Below are positions 19,549 through 27,483 of a DNA stretch of 64,000 nucleotides, in pieces (position 1 is the first letter of the stretch; every line of letters begins with the position of its first letter). Made by a program: the position numbers and the translations under genes. Origin of the DNA: Ignavibacteriota bacterium. Lineage in GTDB: Bacteria; Bacteroidota; Ignavibacteria; Palsa-1295. The notes under the pieces were generated by a model. That model made no database searches and was not told the DNA's origin. It saw only the letters and a program-made list of their open reading frames with translations. Location: contig CAVZOL010000009.1 in the NCBI GenBank assembly GCA_963776895.1, positions 146,030 through 210,029 on the forward strand. The letters are read 5' to 3'.

Positions 19549-20418
19549 CTACATTAATTCATTCATCTCTACCTCCATGAGCTTCTTGACCCACGACCGG
19601 TGTTCCCACTCCTCCACAATATGCCAGATCGATTTCGAATACGCCGAAAGCATCCCAAGCGCGCCGCGCCCGCCGCTGTAAGGAAGAATCGGGCGAAGCT
19701 CGTGCGAGAACACGAATGCCGATAATCCCAACCGGTGCCGAAGATCCAGCAGCGATGCGGCAAGCTGTTTTTTCTGAAGGTCGGAATACGCAGCGAACTC
19801 CAGCGAGTTCACCAGCACGATGCTCGCGTCGTTACGGACGATCTCCAGTTCCAGCGATTCCGGTGTAAGCATCGAGGACGGGCAATCGATAATGCGAAGG
19901 TTCTCCGGCGAGGGTAGATCGACCGAATCGTCGAAATTATCTTTGGTAACTTTCGGAAGATATCGCTGGAACGAGGTCGGAGCCTTCATGCCGAGGTAGT
20001 AGAGCGCGCGCGCAAAACCGGCCGTCATAAGGTCCGCGCTGGCGTAGGTATTGAAGAGCACCACATTCCGGTCCGGATATTTCTGCGCCATAAACAGCGC
20101 GAGCGTACCCGCGATCTCCGCCGAACGCTGGATGGACCGGCTGAGCACCAGCGTAACCTCGCCCGAATAAGCATGGTACGACTGCATTCCTCGGTTATAG
20201 GTAATAAGCCGTTCCGGTTTATTGTCGGCGTTCGCTCTCGCCGCATCGAAAACTTGCATGAGCCTGAGCGGCGCGGGACGATGACCAAGTGTTGCTGTTT
20301 GTGGCGACGACGCTGAATCTTGTTCGAGTATCATATTCTTGTCCTTCCTGACTGTGATTAATGTGATTATGATGAGATGTGTGGGATAATAATCCCCCTC
20401 CCCATTTTCATCTTTCAT
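19549..20418 (-). CDS. Hypothetical protein, possibly a RecA/DnaB-like fold with a degenerate Walker A
   Basis: The pattern GEVTLVLSRSIQRSAEIAGTLAL...IVLVNSLEF...SAFVFSHE resembles a P-loop, Walker B and sensor layout, but there is no GxxxxGK[ST]. The likely start is the Met at 20334. Confidence 0.35.
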   Translation of the reverse strand: MKDENGEGDYYPTHLIIITLITVRKDKNMILEQDSASSPQTATLGHRPAPLRLMQVFDAARANADNKPERLITYNRGMQSYHAYSGEVTLVLSRSIQRSAEIAGTLALFMAQKYPDRNVVLFNTYASADLMTAGFARALYYLGMKAPTSFQRYLPKVTKDNFDDSVDLPSPENLRIIDCPSSMLTPESLELEIVRNDASIVLVNSLEFAAYSDLQKKQLAASLLDLRHRLGLSAFVFSHELRPILPYSGGRGALGMLSAYSKSIWHIVEEWEHRSWVKKLMEVEMNELM

Positions 20419-20570
20419 CTTTTATATTTCATCTTTGCCCAATTATGGTGCTATAATTAGCAGTTGCGCATAAAAGCAACATTGAGGACAAAACGTTCGC
20501 ACAAATATCAAAAAAGTTGAAATTTCTTTAAGACATTGGTGCCTATGGCGAAATTGAACTAAAAAGGAGT

Positions 20571-20625
20571 GTAACGACGAACCTTCAGGTTCGGCGGATC
20601 ATCACACCGAGCCTGAAGGCTCAAT
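20571..20625. repeat. Double-hairpin palindromic element
   Basis: GAACCTTCAGGTTC (20579-20592) and GAGCCTGAAGGCTC (20609-20622) are each self-complementary and complementary to each other. The element is headed by GTAAC. Confidence 0.6.
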
Positions 20626-20721
20626 GCCACACTCCGAGCAAAACTGATCTTGTGAATTCGGATGTTATAGAAAAAGATGCTTCCTATCATTTAGTAAACC
20701 GATATTTTAAGGATTTCAACG

Positions 20722-20916
20722 ATGCCACGCGCTAAAACACCTGATTTCGCTCGGCTCGACGATTACGATATTTATGTACAAAGCACTCCGCTCACCGAAG
20801 AGGAGCACAAGCGTTTGAGCGCAATTATTAAAGCGAACCACGAGAAATACGCCCGAAGCAAGTCGCTACGTTCCGTTCCCAAAACCCCGAAGCGCAGCAA
20901 AGTCACAGGCCGCTGA
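20722..20916 (+). CDS. Small basic hypothetical protein (64 aa)
   Basis: ORF only, with no recognisable motif. Confidence 0.3.
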   Translation: MPRAKTPDFARLDDYDIYVQSTPLTEEEHKRLSAIIKANHEKYARSKSLRSVPKTPKRSKVTGR

Positions 20917-21001
20917 AAATAACGATCCCGCTCCCTGCAACGCCATCGAGTTGCGCATGAACAAATAGGGAAGAAGTAGACCGTTTCCTACTGCTAGCAA
21001 G

Positions 21002-21964
21002 CTACAACTCGAATTGATTTGATGATGCAAGAATGATTGTACGAATTGTCGCGAAAGCAACGTGGACATACTGTACGCTGGTTTCCTTGGTTATCCCCCA
21101 TGTTCTGCCCGTAGCGGGATCAGTACCATGGTCAGCAGCATTACGAACGTGTCCCAAATACTTCAACATAAAAGTGTGCTTTTTCAGAAGGTGACCAGCG
21201 GTCTTCAATGCATCTACTTTTGCATTAATACCAGTGGCAGTAGTCAAAGGGACATTGTGAACCGTTCCCATTTGAGCAAGGAACGACTCAATAGCATTCC
21301 CAACGTGCAAAATTGGAGCCTTCGTATCTCCGCCTTCGGCCAGCAATTGAAAACCGGTAATGAGAGGGTTTAGAATTTCGTTGCGATCTATCCAGCGCAC
21401 AGCAACCTCGCCCAAACGCTCAACTACAGCGAGCTCCGCATCGGCACGGTTTTGCGCGACAGCGAGTAATGCAGAAATATAACTAGCATTTGACTTTTCA
21501 AGTTTATCTATAGATAGGCGGCCTCCACCCTCCTGAATCAAACTCTTCGAAAAGGTTCCTAAGTCTACGAGTGTACCTTTTATCTGTTCACGGGTGCGAG
21601 AGAGACTGAACGTGACCCTCACATTATTGGCGGCACGAGTTGCATCATTAGTATCCGACAATCTCTGTTTGAAGAGCGCATAAGGAGGATAATCCTCTAA
21701 AAGAATTCGAAGAACTGCGCATCTCTGAGTTTCGTCCGACGTAACGAGGTAGCTTGAAAATGGGTGTGAGCCGCTATAAGATGCTGAGGTCTTGGTAAGT
21801 AAACCAATTTGGACAGCCATGTCCATTGCATCGCTTGCTGCAGCCACATCGATGTCGAGCAATTGAGAAAGAAAGTTAGCATCACAGCTGGTGCCGTAAG
21901 TAACTACCGCATCTACCGCACCGATAACATTTTCGGCAACGGTTGGAAAGATGTTAACGGGCAT
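21002..21964 (-). CDS. Hypothetical protein with a C-terminal HEPN-like domain
   Basis: The C-terminal roughly 120 aa are helical and contain LGHVRNAADHG, an Rx4H HEPN RNase motif. The N-terminal two thirds are unrecognised. Confidence 0.5.
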   Translation of the reverse strand: MPVNIFPTVAENVIGAVDAVVTYGTSCDANFLSQLLDIDVAAASDAMDMAVQIGLLTKTSASYSGSHPFSSYLVTSDETQRCAVLRILLEDYPPYALFKQRLSDTNDATRAANNVRVTFSLSRTREQIKGTLVDLGTFSKSLIQEGGGRLSIDKLEKSNASYISALLAVAQNRADAELAVVERLGEVAVRWIDRNEILNPLITGFQLLAEGGDTKAPILHVGNAIESFLAQMGTVHNVPLTTATGINAKVDALKTAGHLLKKHTFMLKYLGHVRNAADHGTDPATGRTWGITKETSVQYVHVAFATIRTIILASSNQFEL

Positions 21965-22042
21965 CGTTGATTGTTTATACTATTGTAGTGTTCTCGGCGG
22001 CCTGCTTAGATACTTCGTCAATGACAGCGCGAAGTTTTGAGC

Positions 22043-22714
22043 CTAATGTGTCAAGATCTTATAGCTGACACTTACCTGCAGGTCGATTTTGATAGACAGT
22101 GAAACTCCTTCCGACTGCCTAACCATCCTCATCGGTGCGGCAGTGGGAATCACTGCTTCGACTGTTTGGGTCAGCATATCGATCTTAGGAGCTCGTCCAA
22201 ACTCCTGGGAAGAGGATTGCTCACCATCAACTGCTATAATAAGTCCATTCTCAGCTTCATTGACCAACCCACCAATTCTCAAAATTTCGAGTATGGTTCC
22301 TGCGCCTGTCATAACCTGCTGAGTACGCGGGAGGCCCGATGAAAACGCCATGTGGTTCTTAAAGCTTGGGGCATCCATTCCATTTCTAACACGTATTGCA
22401 GAGACCATCCTTTGTAGAAAAGTGTTATTGGTTGCGATTTCCCGCCATGCGCTTGCAACTTCGTATTCTACATTATGTGTCATAGCCATCGCTAGTTTCC
22501 TACCCATCTCTGTCACCGATTTCTGGTTACCGCCATCAACAATGCCAGCGCCTAGAAGGAAACCATTATTTCCACTTATGACTGTTCGATTAAGTGCTGT
22601 CGCGTTAGCAATGTCATCCAAAGATGCCGGACCTTTTTCTTGTCCGTAGGCTTTGATTATTTTGGAAAGCTCTTCGTACGAAGAACAAGGGAATTTGAAT
22701 TTGTCTTCAGCCAT
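22043..22714 (-). CDS. Hypothetical protein, possibly tandem winged-helix, forming an operon with the HEPN protein
   Basis: Same strand as the HEPN gene, with a 78-nt gap. It has no catalytic motif. Helix-turn-helix-like stretches include LDDIANATALNRTVISGNNGFL. Confidence 0.4.
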   Translation of the reverse strand: MAEDKFKFPCSSYEELSKIIKAYGQEKGPASLDDIANATALNRTVISGNNGFLLGAGIVDGGNQKSVTEMGRKLAMAMTHNVEYEVASAWREIATNNTFLQRMVSAIRVRNGMDAPSFKNHMAFSSGLPRTQQVMTGAGTILEILRIGGLVNEAENGLIIAVDGEQSSSQEFGRAPKIDMLTQTVEAVIPTAAPMRMVRQSEGVSLSIKIDLQVSVSYKILTH

Positions 22715-22861
22715 TTTAATACCTCAAAGGTCGTTATGTTATGGTGTTGTCTCTTTAAATTGAGATGTAACGAAAAGTCCCAAAAGCAACAACCGTTATT
22801 GATTATTAGAGCCTATTCGTTTCTTTCATTGCGATTGAATGCTACTGAACACCACGGGCAC

Positions 22862-23007
22862 CTATTGTGGGTTCCGTGCAATCCTAAATGGCGCTTGTTT
22901 ATGAACCCTCCTGCTGGCTTTGGCCGCCCGCGCGCCCCACAAACCCTGCGGCGTGCTGCGCCAATTCGCGGTGCCTTCAAATTCTTCTGCACTCATCCAT
23001 GTTAAAC
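22862..23007 (+). repeat. Cassette-boundary repeat, copy 1 (attC-like candidate)
   Basis: The core is CTATTGTGGGTTCCGTGCAATCCTAAATGGCGCTTGTTTATGAACCCTCCTGCTGG, followed by a GC-rich variable part. It ends in GTTAAAC (23001-23007), 4 nt before the ATG at 23012. Confidence 0.6.
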
Positions 23008-23011
23008 CCGC

Positions 23012-23869
23012 ATGGAGATTTCAATGAGCGATAAAAAGAAAGTCATAATTGTAACAGGTGCAGGACGCGGCATGGGCGCGGACATCGCTAAGGCGCTGCT
23101 CTCGGCTGGTCACAAAGTTATAGCAACGGGCCGCAATCCAGATAATGTGCGTAAGGCACTCGGCGAAGGGGAGAATCTTTTAGTCGTCAAACTCAATGTT
23201 ACCGATCGGCGAGATGCCGAGGCAGTTGCCAAAGCAGCCCTTGACCGCTTCGGTCGTATTGACGTTCTGATCAATAATGCTGCAAACTTTTATGCAGGTT
23301 ACTTTGAAGAACTATCTCCTGAACAAATGGAGAGGCAGTTATCGGCAAGTCTTTTTGGCCCGATGAACGTAACCCGCGCGGTGTTGCCCGTCATGCGCAA
23401 GCAGCGTTCGGGGCACATCATAACCATTTCCTCGACAGCCGGCCTTGTTGGCTTTGAATTCGGCAGTGCTTATGCTGCGTCGAAGTTTGGCGTAGAAGGC
23501 TGGATGGAATCACTTCATGGCGAGGTCGCGCCATTTGGGATCAACACTACAATAATCAATCCTGGATTTTTTCGTACAGAACTCCTCACGGAGCAATCGA
23601 CGAACTACGCGGTACCCTCCATTAAAGATTATGATGAACAGAGAGCCAAGATGCTTGCATATTGGAAATCCCAGAATGGCAAGCAATCGGGCGATCCGAA
23701 GAAGTTGGCGCGAGCGCTGGTAACCATTGTTGAAATGGAAAACCCGCCTGAGCGATTTTTAGCCGGTGCGGATGCCGTCGCAACTGCCGAGCAAGTGGCC
23801 ACGAATCTGAAAGATCAGGCCGAAGCTTTTCGCGAGCTATCATCCTCACTCGCAATCGATGGAGAATAA
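23012..23869 (+). CDS. Short-chain dehydrogenase/reductase (SDR) family oxidoreductase
   Basis: Has VIIVTGAGRGMG (TGxxxGxG) and a YAASK catalytic Tyr/Lys motif. Confidence 0.85.
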   Translation: MEISMSDKKKVIIVTGAGRGMGADIAKALLSAGHKVIATGRNPDNVRKALGEGENLLVVKLNVTDRRDAEAVAKAALDRFGRIDVLINNAANFYAGYFEELSPEQMERQLSASLFGPMNVTRAVLPVMRKQRSGHIITISSTAGLVGFEFGSAYAASKFGVEGWMESLHGEVAPFGINTTIINPGFFRTELLTEQSTNYAVPSIKDYDEQRAKMLAYWKSQNGKQSGDPKKLARALVTIVEMENPPERFLAGADAVATAEQVATNLKDQAEAFRELSSSLAIDGE

Positions 23870-24515
23870 AATGCGAATCGGAATTCTGGGTTCGGGATTG
23901 ATGGGCGGGAAGCTCGGAACGATCTTCACGCAGGCCGGGCACGATGTTATCTTCAGCTATGCTCACAGTGCCGACAAATTGAACAAGCTTGCTCACCAGG
24001 CAGGAGGAAACGCTCGTTCGGGAACGCCACGCGACGCCGCAAAGGATTCGGACGTGTTGTTACTTGCCGTGCATTGGTCGCGGATCGACGAAGTGCTGAA
24101 GCAGGCCGGGGATCTCTCCGGCAAAGTGATTATTTCTTGCTCGCTTCCCATGGATGCTGACAATACGAAGCTCATCATTGCTAACAATTCATCCGGCGCA
24201 GAAGAACTTGCAAAAAAGGTCCCAAAGGCTCGGATCGTTTCTGCCTTCAATACAATTCCCAGCGAAGTTCTCTTTGGAGTGTACGAAGCGAGGAAGAAAC
24301 CCAACAGGCCGAGCCTTATCTATTGCGGAGATGACGCAAAGAGCAAAGCCATTGCTGCAGAACTGATACGCGACGTTGGTTTTGATCCGCTCAATGCTGG
24401 CCGTTTATCCATCGCGCGGTACATGGAGCCGTTCACACTACTCGTCGCTGAATTAGCATACGAGGGTGATCGAGGCCCGGAGATGGCCTACACATTCAAA
24501 TGGTATGCGAAATAA
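23859..24515 (+). CDS. NADPH-dependent F420 reductase-like / NADP oxidoreductase
   Basis: MRIGILGSGLMGGKLG is a Rossmann motif. The length fits the Npd/P5CR-like family. The likely start is the ATG at 23871. Confidence 0.7.
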   Translation: MENKMRIGILGSGLMGGKLGTIFTQAGHDVIFSYAHSADKLNKLAHQAGGNARSGTPRDAAKDSDVLLLAVHWSRIDEVLKQAGDLSGKVIISCSLPMDADNTKLIIANNSSGAEELAKKVPKARIVSAFNTIPSEVLFGVYEARKKPNRPSLIYCGDDAKSKAIAAELIRDVGFDPLNAGRLSIARYMEPFTLLVAELAYEGDRGPEMAYTFKWYAK

Positions 24516-24543
24516 AATTTAATAAAGAGAATTCACTTGCGAG

Positions 24544-24680
24544 GTGGGTTCCGTCCAAATCCTAAATGGCGCTTGTGTATGAATCCTCCTGCTGTGGCAT
24601 CCCGCGCGTGTACACGGCACCCGCCGGCACACAGGAGCGGAGCCGTGAATGAATGAAACATCCGGGTTCCACTGTTAGGT
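24544..24680 (+). repeat. Cassette-boundary repeat, copy 2
   Basis: The core is GTGGGTTCCGTCCAAATCCTAAATGGCGCTTGTGTATGAATCCTCCTGCTGTGG. It has the internal stem CTCCTG(C)TGTG/CACACAGGAG and ends in GTTAGGT (24674-24680). Confidence 0.6.
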
Positions 24681-24699
24681 GCATTTATCCTAATGTCCC

Positions 24700-25140
24700 T
24701 TGAGCGCCCGCTTCGATAACGCACTCGCGAAAATTACATCGTGGCTATCGGCCCGCCGGAAAAGCGAGCCTCATGCTCCGCGCGTGTATATGTTGCCGGG
24801 GTTCAGAAATTTGCTTGAAGCTGTCGCAAAAGAGGACGGTGCGCTTGCTGAGAATTTCACGAAGATGTTGAGCGCCGATCCCGATAAACCGAAACGTGGA
24901 AGGAATGTAGATGGAACTCGCTGCCACAAAACCGATCTCGCCAAAGGCAATCGCGCGGCTATGTACCGGGTTCTCTATTACCACCGGAAGGCAAAGAACG
25001 AAGTTTATCTCATTCTTCTTTTCGCCAAATCCGATCAGAACAATTTAACGGCGGATCAAGTAAAGAAAATCAACTATATCACAGACTCGATCGATAAGGG
25101 AGCGATTGACCTCATTTCGCTTGACGAGCGTGATTCATAA
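24700..25140 (+). CDS. RelE/HigB (Gp49)-like toxin
   Basis: GNRAAMYRVLYYHRKAKNEVYLILLFAKSDQNNLTADQVKKI matches the Gp49/HigB-type core pattern. The ATG at 24790 is the more plausible start. Confidence 0.5.
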   Translation: MSARFDNALAKITSWLSARRKSEPHAPRVYMLPGFRNLLEAVAKEDGALAENFTKMLSADPDKPKRGRNVDGTRCHKTDLAKGNRAAMYRVLYYHRKAKNEVYLILLFAKSDQNNLTADQVKKINYITDSIDKGAIDLISLDERDS

Positions 25141-25396
25141 TCTTTTGGAGCGATTGTTTAGGATTCTTCATGTCAAGCTCATATACCCGTACCTGCCCAA
25201 GATCATTCAGGCTTTCATCCAGCGCTTTATCGATAGCTTCGCGATCGAACACAGCCTCGTGTTTCGCCTTCCTTTTGTGGCGAATTGAGGCTTTTTCCTC
25301 TTTTTTCGAGGAAAGCGCATCGGAATGTAATACGGCGGTATTCATACTCAATATGTGATACACATTAAGAGCCGGTTGAGTTTCAAAGTCATTCAT
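25112..25396 (-). CDS. Small hypothetical protein (94 aa), convergent with the HigB-like gene
   Basis: An ATG lies directly next to the repeat core (MNDFETQ...). The sequence is charged and helical. The upstream part of track ORF 25112-25522 is repeat sequence. Confidence 0.3.
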   Translation of the reverse strand: MNDFETQPALNVYHILSMNTAVLHSDALSSKKEEKASIRHKRKAKHEAVFDREAIDKALDESLNDLGQVRVYELDMKNPKQSLQKIMNHARQAK

Positions 25397-25397
25397 G

Positions 25398-25530
25398 CTA
25401 TTGTGGGTTCCGTGCAATCCTAACTGGCGCTTGTTTATGAATCCTCCTGCTGCGGCATCTCGCGTGCTGGCAATTTCGCGTGGTGTGCGGCCGCATCGTC
25501 GGCGATGCTCACCCCGCCGCACAGTTGGGC
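25398..25530 (+). repeat. Cassette-boundary repeat, copy 3
   Basis: The core contains CCTAAC. The stem is CTG(C)TGCGGC/GCCGCACAG. It ends in GTTGGGC (25524-25530). CCTAACTGGCGC can pair with GC(C)GC(A)CAGTTGGG, leaving two extrahelical bases. Confidence 0.6.
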
Positions 25531-25540
25531 TGGCAATATC

Positions 25541-25756
25541 TTAGAGTTTGTGCTTGAACTCTTCGAGCGAGAGCCCTGCTTGGTTTAAAATACTTCGGAA
25601 TGTTCCGGCTGGCAACACCTTCCGGTTCGCTGGGACGATAACGATACGGCCAGCGCTGTCGTTGAATTTTGCATGAGAGCCGCGCTGCGATTTTTTACGA
25701 AAGCCGAGCCGCTCCAATGCGCGGACGACCTCGACGGACGAAAAGTGTTCAGGCAT
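25541..25756 (-). CDS. hicA: HicA mRNA interferase toxin
   Basis: VVRALERLGFRKKSQRGSHAKF is the canonical HicA motif. Length is 71 aa. Confidence 0.85.
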   Translation of the reverse strand: MPEHFSSVEVVRALERLGFRKKSQRGSHAKFNDSAGRIVIVPANRKVLPAGTFRSILNQAGLSLEEFKHKL

Positions 25757-25958
25757 CGATCAATGCGGTGCCTGTTTCCACGGATTCGACATTGGAAAAT
25801 TCTAAATACTCGCCGTCCTCGAAATAGAGCGCGACAGCCTCTTTCAAATTCTCGATCGCCTGTTCCCGCGTGTCGCCGCACGATGCGACCTCTACGTTCA
25901 GGCAATGTGAAACGTATTGGTCATCTTCTTTCCAAACAACGTAGTTGATCTGGTGCAT
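25749..25958 (-). CDS. hicB: HicB-like antitoxin
   Basis: YVSHCLNVEVASCGDTREQAIENLKEAVALYFED is an HicB N-terminal fold pattern. It overlaps hicA by 8 nt. Confidence 0.75.
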   Translation of the reverse strand: MHQINYVVWKEDDQYVSHCLNVEVASCGDTREQAIENLKEAVALYFEDGEYLEFSNVESVETGTALIDA

Positions 25959-25999
25959 TAGTATATCCTCTCATTTGCAACACTCCAAATTTTCGAATG

Positions 26000-26150
26000 A
26001 GTTCCAACGCGGCACCCGCCAGCGGCGATCCTCGCGCGGTGTACGGCCGCATCGTCGGCGATGCTTCCATCGTCGGCGATGCTTCCCGCCACAACTAAAG
26101 GGGAGTGTCGCCGGGGTCGGCGGCCACCACGCGATCGGGTGAGGGGTCGT
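26000..26150 (+). repeat. Chimeric, partial copy of the cassette-boundary repeat: it has the variable 3' parts but lacks the core
   Basis: It shares CGGTGT(G/A)CGGCCGCATCGTCGGCGATGCT with copy 3 and GCCACA(A/G)CTAA(A/G)GGG...GGCCACCACGCGA with copy 4. It also has an internal duplication of CATCGTCGGCGATGCTTCC. Confidence 0.5.
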
Positions 26151-26152
26151 TG

Positions 26153-26344
26153 CTATTTACCTATCTTGTCGAGTACGGCACGCTTAAACCAAGCGGGCAC
26201 TTGGTTCTCCTTCAGCACCAATGTCGTTCCGTTCGTAATTTCGGCGAGCCATGTGTGTTTACGTCCATCCACCGAGTTATCGAACATACTTTTACCGGAA
26301 CCATTGGGCCCGGCAAACATGCGAATGCGTGGGATCGCGTTCAA
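26153..26344 (-). pseudogene. Truncated P-loop (zeta-toxin/AAA-like) gene fragment
   Basis: RMFAGPNGSGKS is a Walker A motif, but only 63 aa remain. The ORF ends at the edge of the chimeric repeat. Confidence 0.45.
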
Positions 26345-26592
26345 CGGATTTGAATCGGCTTGCCTTGTTCGACGGAGTACGGTGGATCGATCTTCTTAAT
26401 CTTCTCTCGCCTGCCATCCGGGAAGACTTTGTAGATGTATCCATCTTCTGCAATAAGCACATCCATTCCGGACTCGATCGTTCTCTTAAATGCCGCCGAA
26501 AATGCATCACCCGAAAGCGACGGAAATGTATTCTCTAATTGCTCGAGTGTTTGCTCATCCTGGATCATAGCTGTTTTCCTTACCACAACCAA
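26341..26592 (-). CDS. Small hypothetical protein, a putative antitoxin partner of the truncated P-loop gene
   Basis: It overlaps the downstream fragment by 4 nt. The likely start is MIQDEQ at 26568. Confidence 0.35.
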   Translation of the reverse strand: MVVVRKTAMIQDEQTLEQLENTFPSLSGDAFSAAFKRTIESGMDVLIAEDGYIYKVFPDGRREKIKKIDPPYSVEQGKPIQIR

Positions 26593-26630
26593 CCACGATA
26601 ATTCTTACAGCGTTCCTACACCAGCACCTA

Positions 26631-26808
26631 CTATCGGTTCCGTCGGTTCCATGCAATCCTAAATGGCGCTTGTTTATGCATCCTCCTGCTGTGGCATCCC
26701 GCGCGCTGTATGCGGCAGCCCGCCACAGCTAAGGGTGAGAGCCGCCAGGGTCGCCGGCCACCACGCGAGCGAATCGAATGAAAAACAAAAAGGCATCGTT
26801 TGTTGGGG
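26631..26808 (+). repeat. Cassette-boundary repeat, copy 4
   Basis: The core is GGTTCCATGCAATCCTAAATGGCGCTTGTTTATGCATCCTCCTGCTGTGG. The stem is GCTGTGGC...GCCACAGC. It ends in GTTGGGG (26802-26808), 4 nt before the ATG at 26813. Confidence 0.6.
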
Positions 26809-26812
26809 AAGT

Positions 26813-27439
26813 ATGGCAAAGAAAACTAAAACCACCGAACGCGCTCCCATTGCGAGAATGAATCCCAAAGTCGATTTTTATTTCCGCAAAGCAAAAAAGT
26901 GGAAGGATGAGTTGGAGCAATTACGAACCATCGTGCTCGATACGCCGCTCGTAGAAGAAGTGAAGTGGGGTGTTCCCTGCTACACCTACGATGACCACAA
27001 CGTCGTGCTCATCCACGATTTTAAGGACTACTGCGCGCTGCTATTCGTCAAAGGCGCCCTGCTGAGCGATCCCTATGGTGTTCTAATCCAGCAAACAAAG
27101 AATGTGCAATCGGGCCGCCAGATCCGTTTCAGGAATGTCGGAGAAATAGTGGAGATGGAACCCACCGTGAAATCCTACATCCACGAAGCCATCGATGTAG
27201 AAAAAGCCGGTTTGAAAGTGAAAAAGAAGGAGACATCCGAATATCCCGTTCCTGAAGAACTTCGGCATAAATTAAATACGATCCCTTCTTTTAAAAAGGC
27301 TTTTTATGCACTCACGCCGGGACGTCAACGGGGCTACCTTTTTTATTTTGCTCAACCCAAACTATCCAAAACGCGGGAGGCACGTATCGAAAAATATATT
27401 CCGCATATTATGGCCGGCAAGGGATTTCAAGACGAGTAG
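26813..27439 (+). CDS. YdeI/OmpD-associated family protein (DUF1801-like)
   Basis: The sequence VDFYFRKAKKWKDELEQLRTIVL...VKWGVPCYTY...YALTPGRQRGYLFYF fits the family. The 5' part of track ORF 26663-27439 is repeat sequence. Confidence 0.7.
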   Translation: MAKKTKTTERAPIARMNPKVDFYFRKAKKWKDELEQLRTIVLDTPLVEEVKWGVPCYTYDDHNVVLIHDFKDYCALLFVKGALLSDPYGVLIQQTKNVQSGRQIRFRNVGEIVEMEPTVKSYIHEAIDVEKAGLKVKKKETSEYPVPEELRHKLNTIPSFKKAFYALTPGRQRGYLFYFAQPKLSKTREARIEKYIPHIMAGKGFQDE

Positions 27440-27483
27440 TTTCGATGAGAATTATAGTGCGTAACCGCCATCACAGTTAACGA

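Noticed and set aside
22866-22900. The repeat core GGGTTCCGTGCAATCC as a tRNA 3'-end (T-arm) fragment, i.e. an integrase att duplication
   Set aside because: It cannot be folded into a 5-bp T-stem with a 7-nt loop. There is no acceptor or CCA-like continuation, and no tRNA gene was found in the window.
24533-24724. ORFs translated across the cassette-boundary repeats (24533-24724, 26631-26819, 25945-26142, and the N-terminus of 25112-25522)
   Set aside because: Similarity between copies holds at the DNA level in different frames. The peptides are Arg/Gly/Cys-rich nonsense, so these are treated as non-coding repeats.
27440-27483. A possible terminal attC-like site after the YdeI cassette (GCGTAAC...GTTAACG)
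   Set aside because: It is too short, lacks the conserved core, and its boxes do not fit the RYYYAAC/GTTRRRY consensus well.
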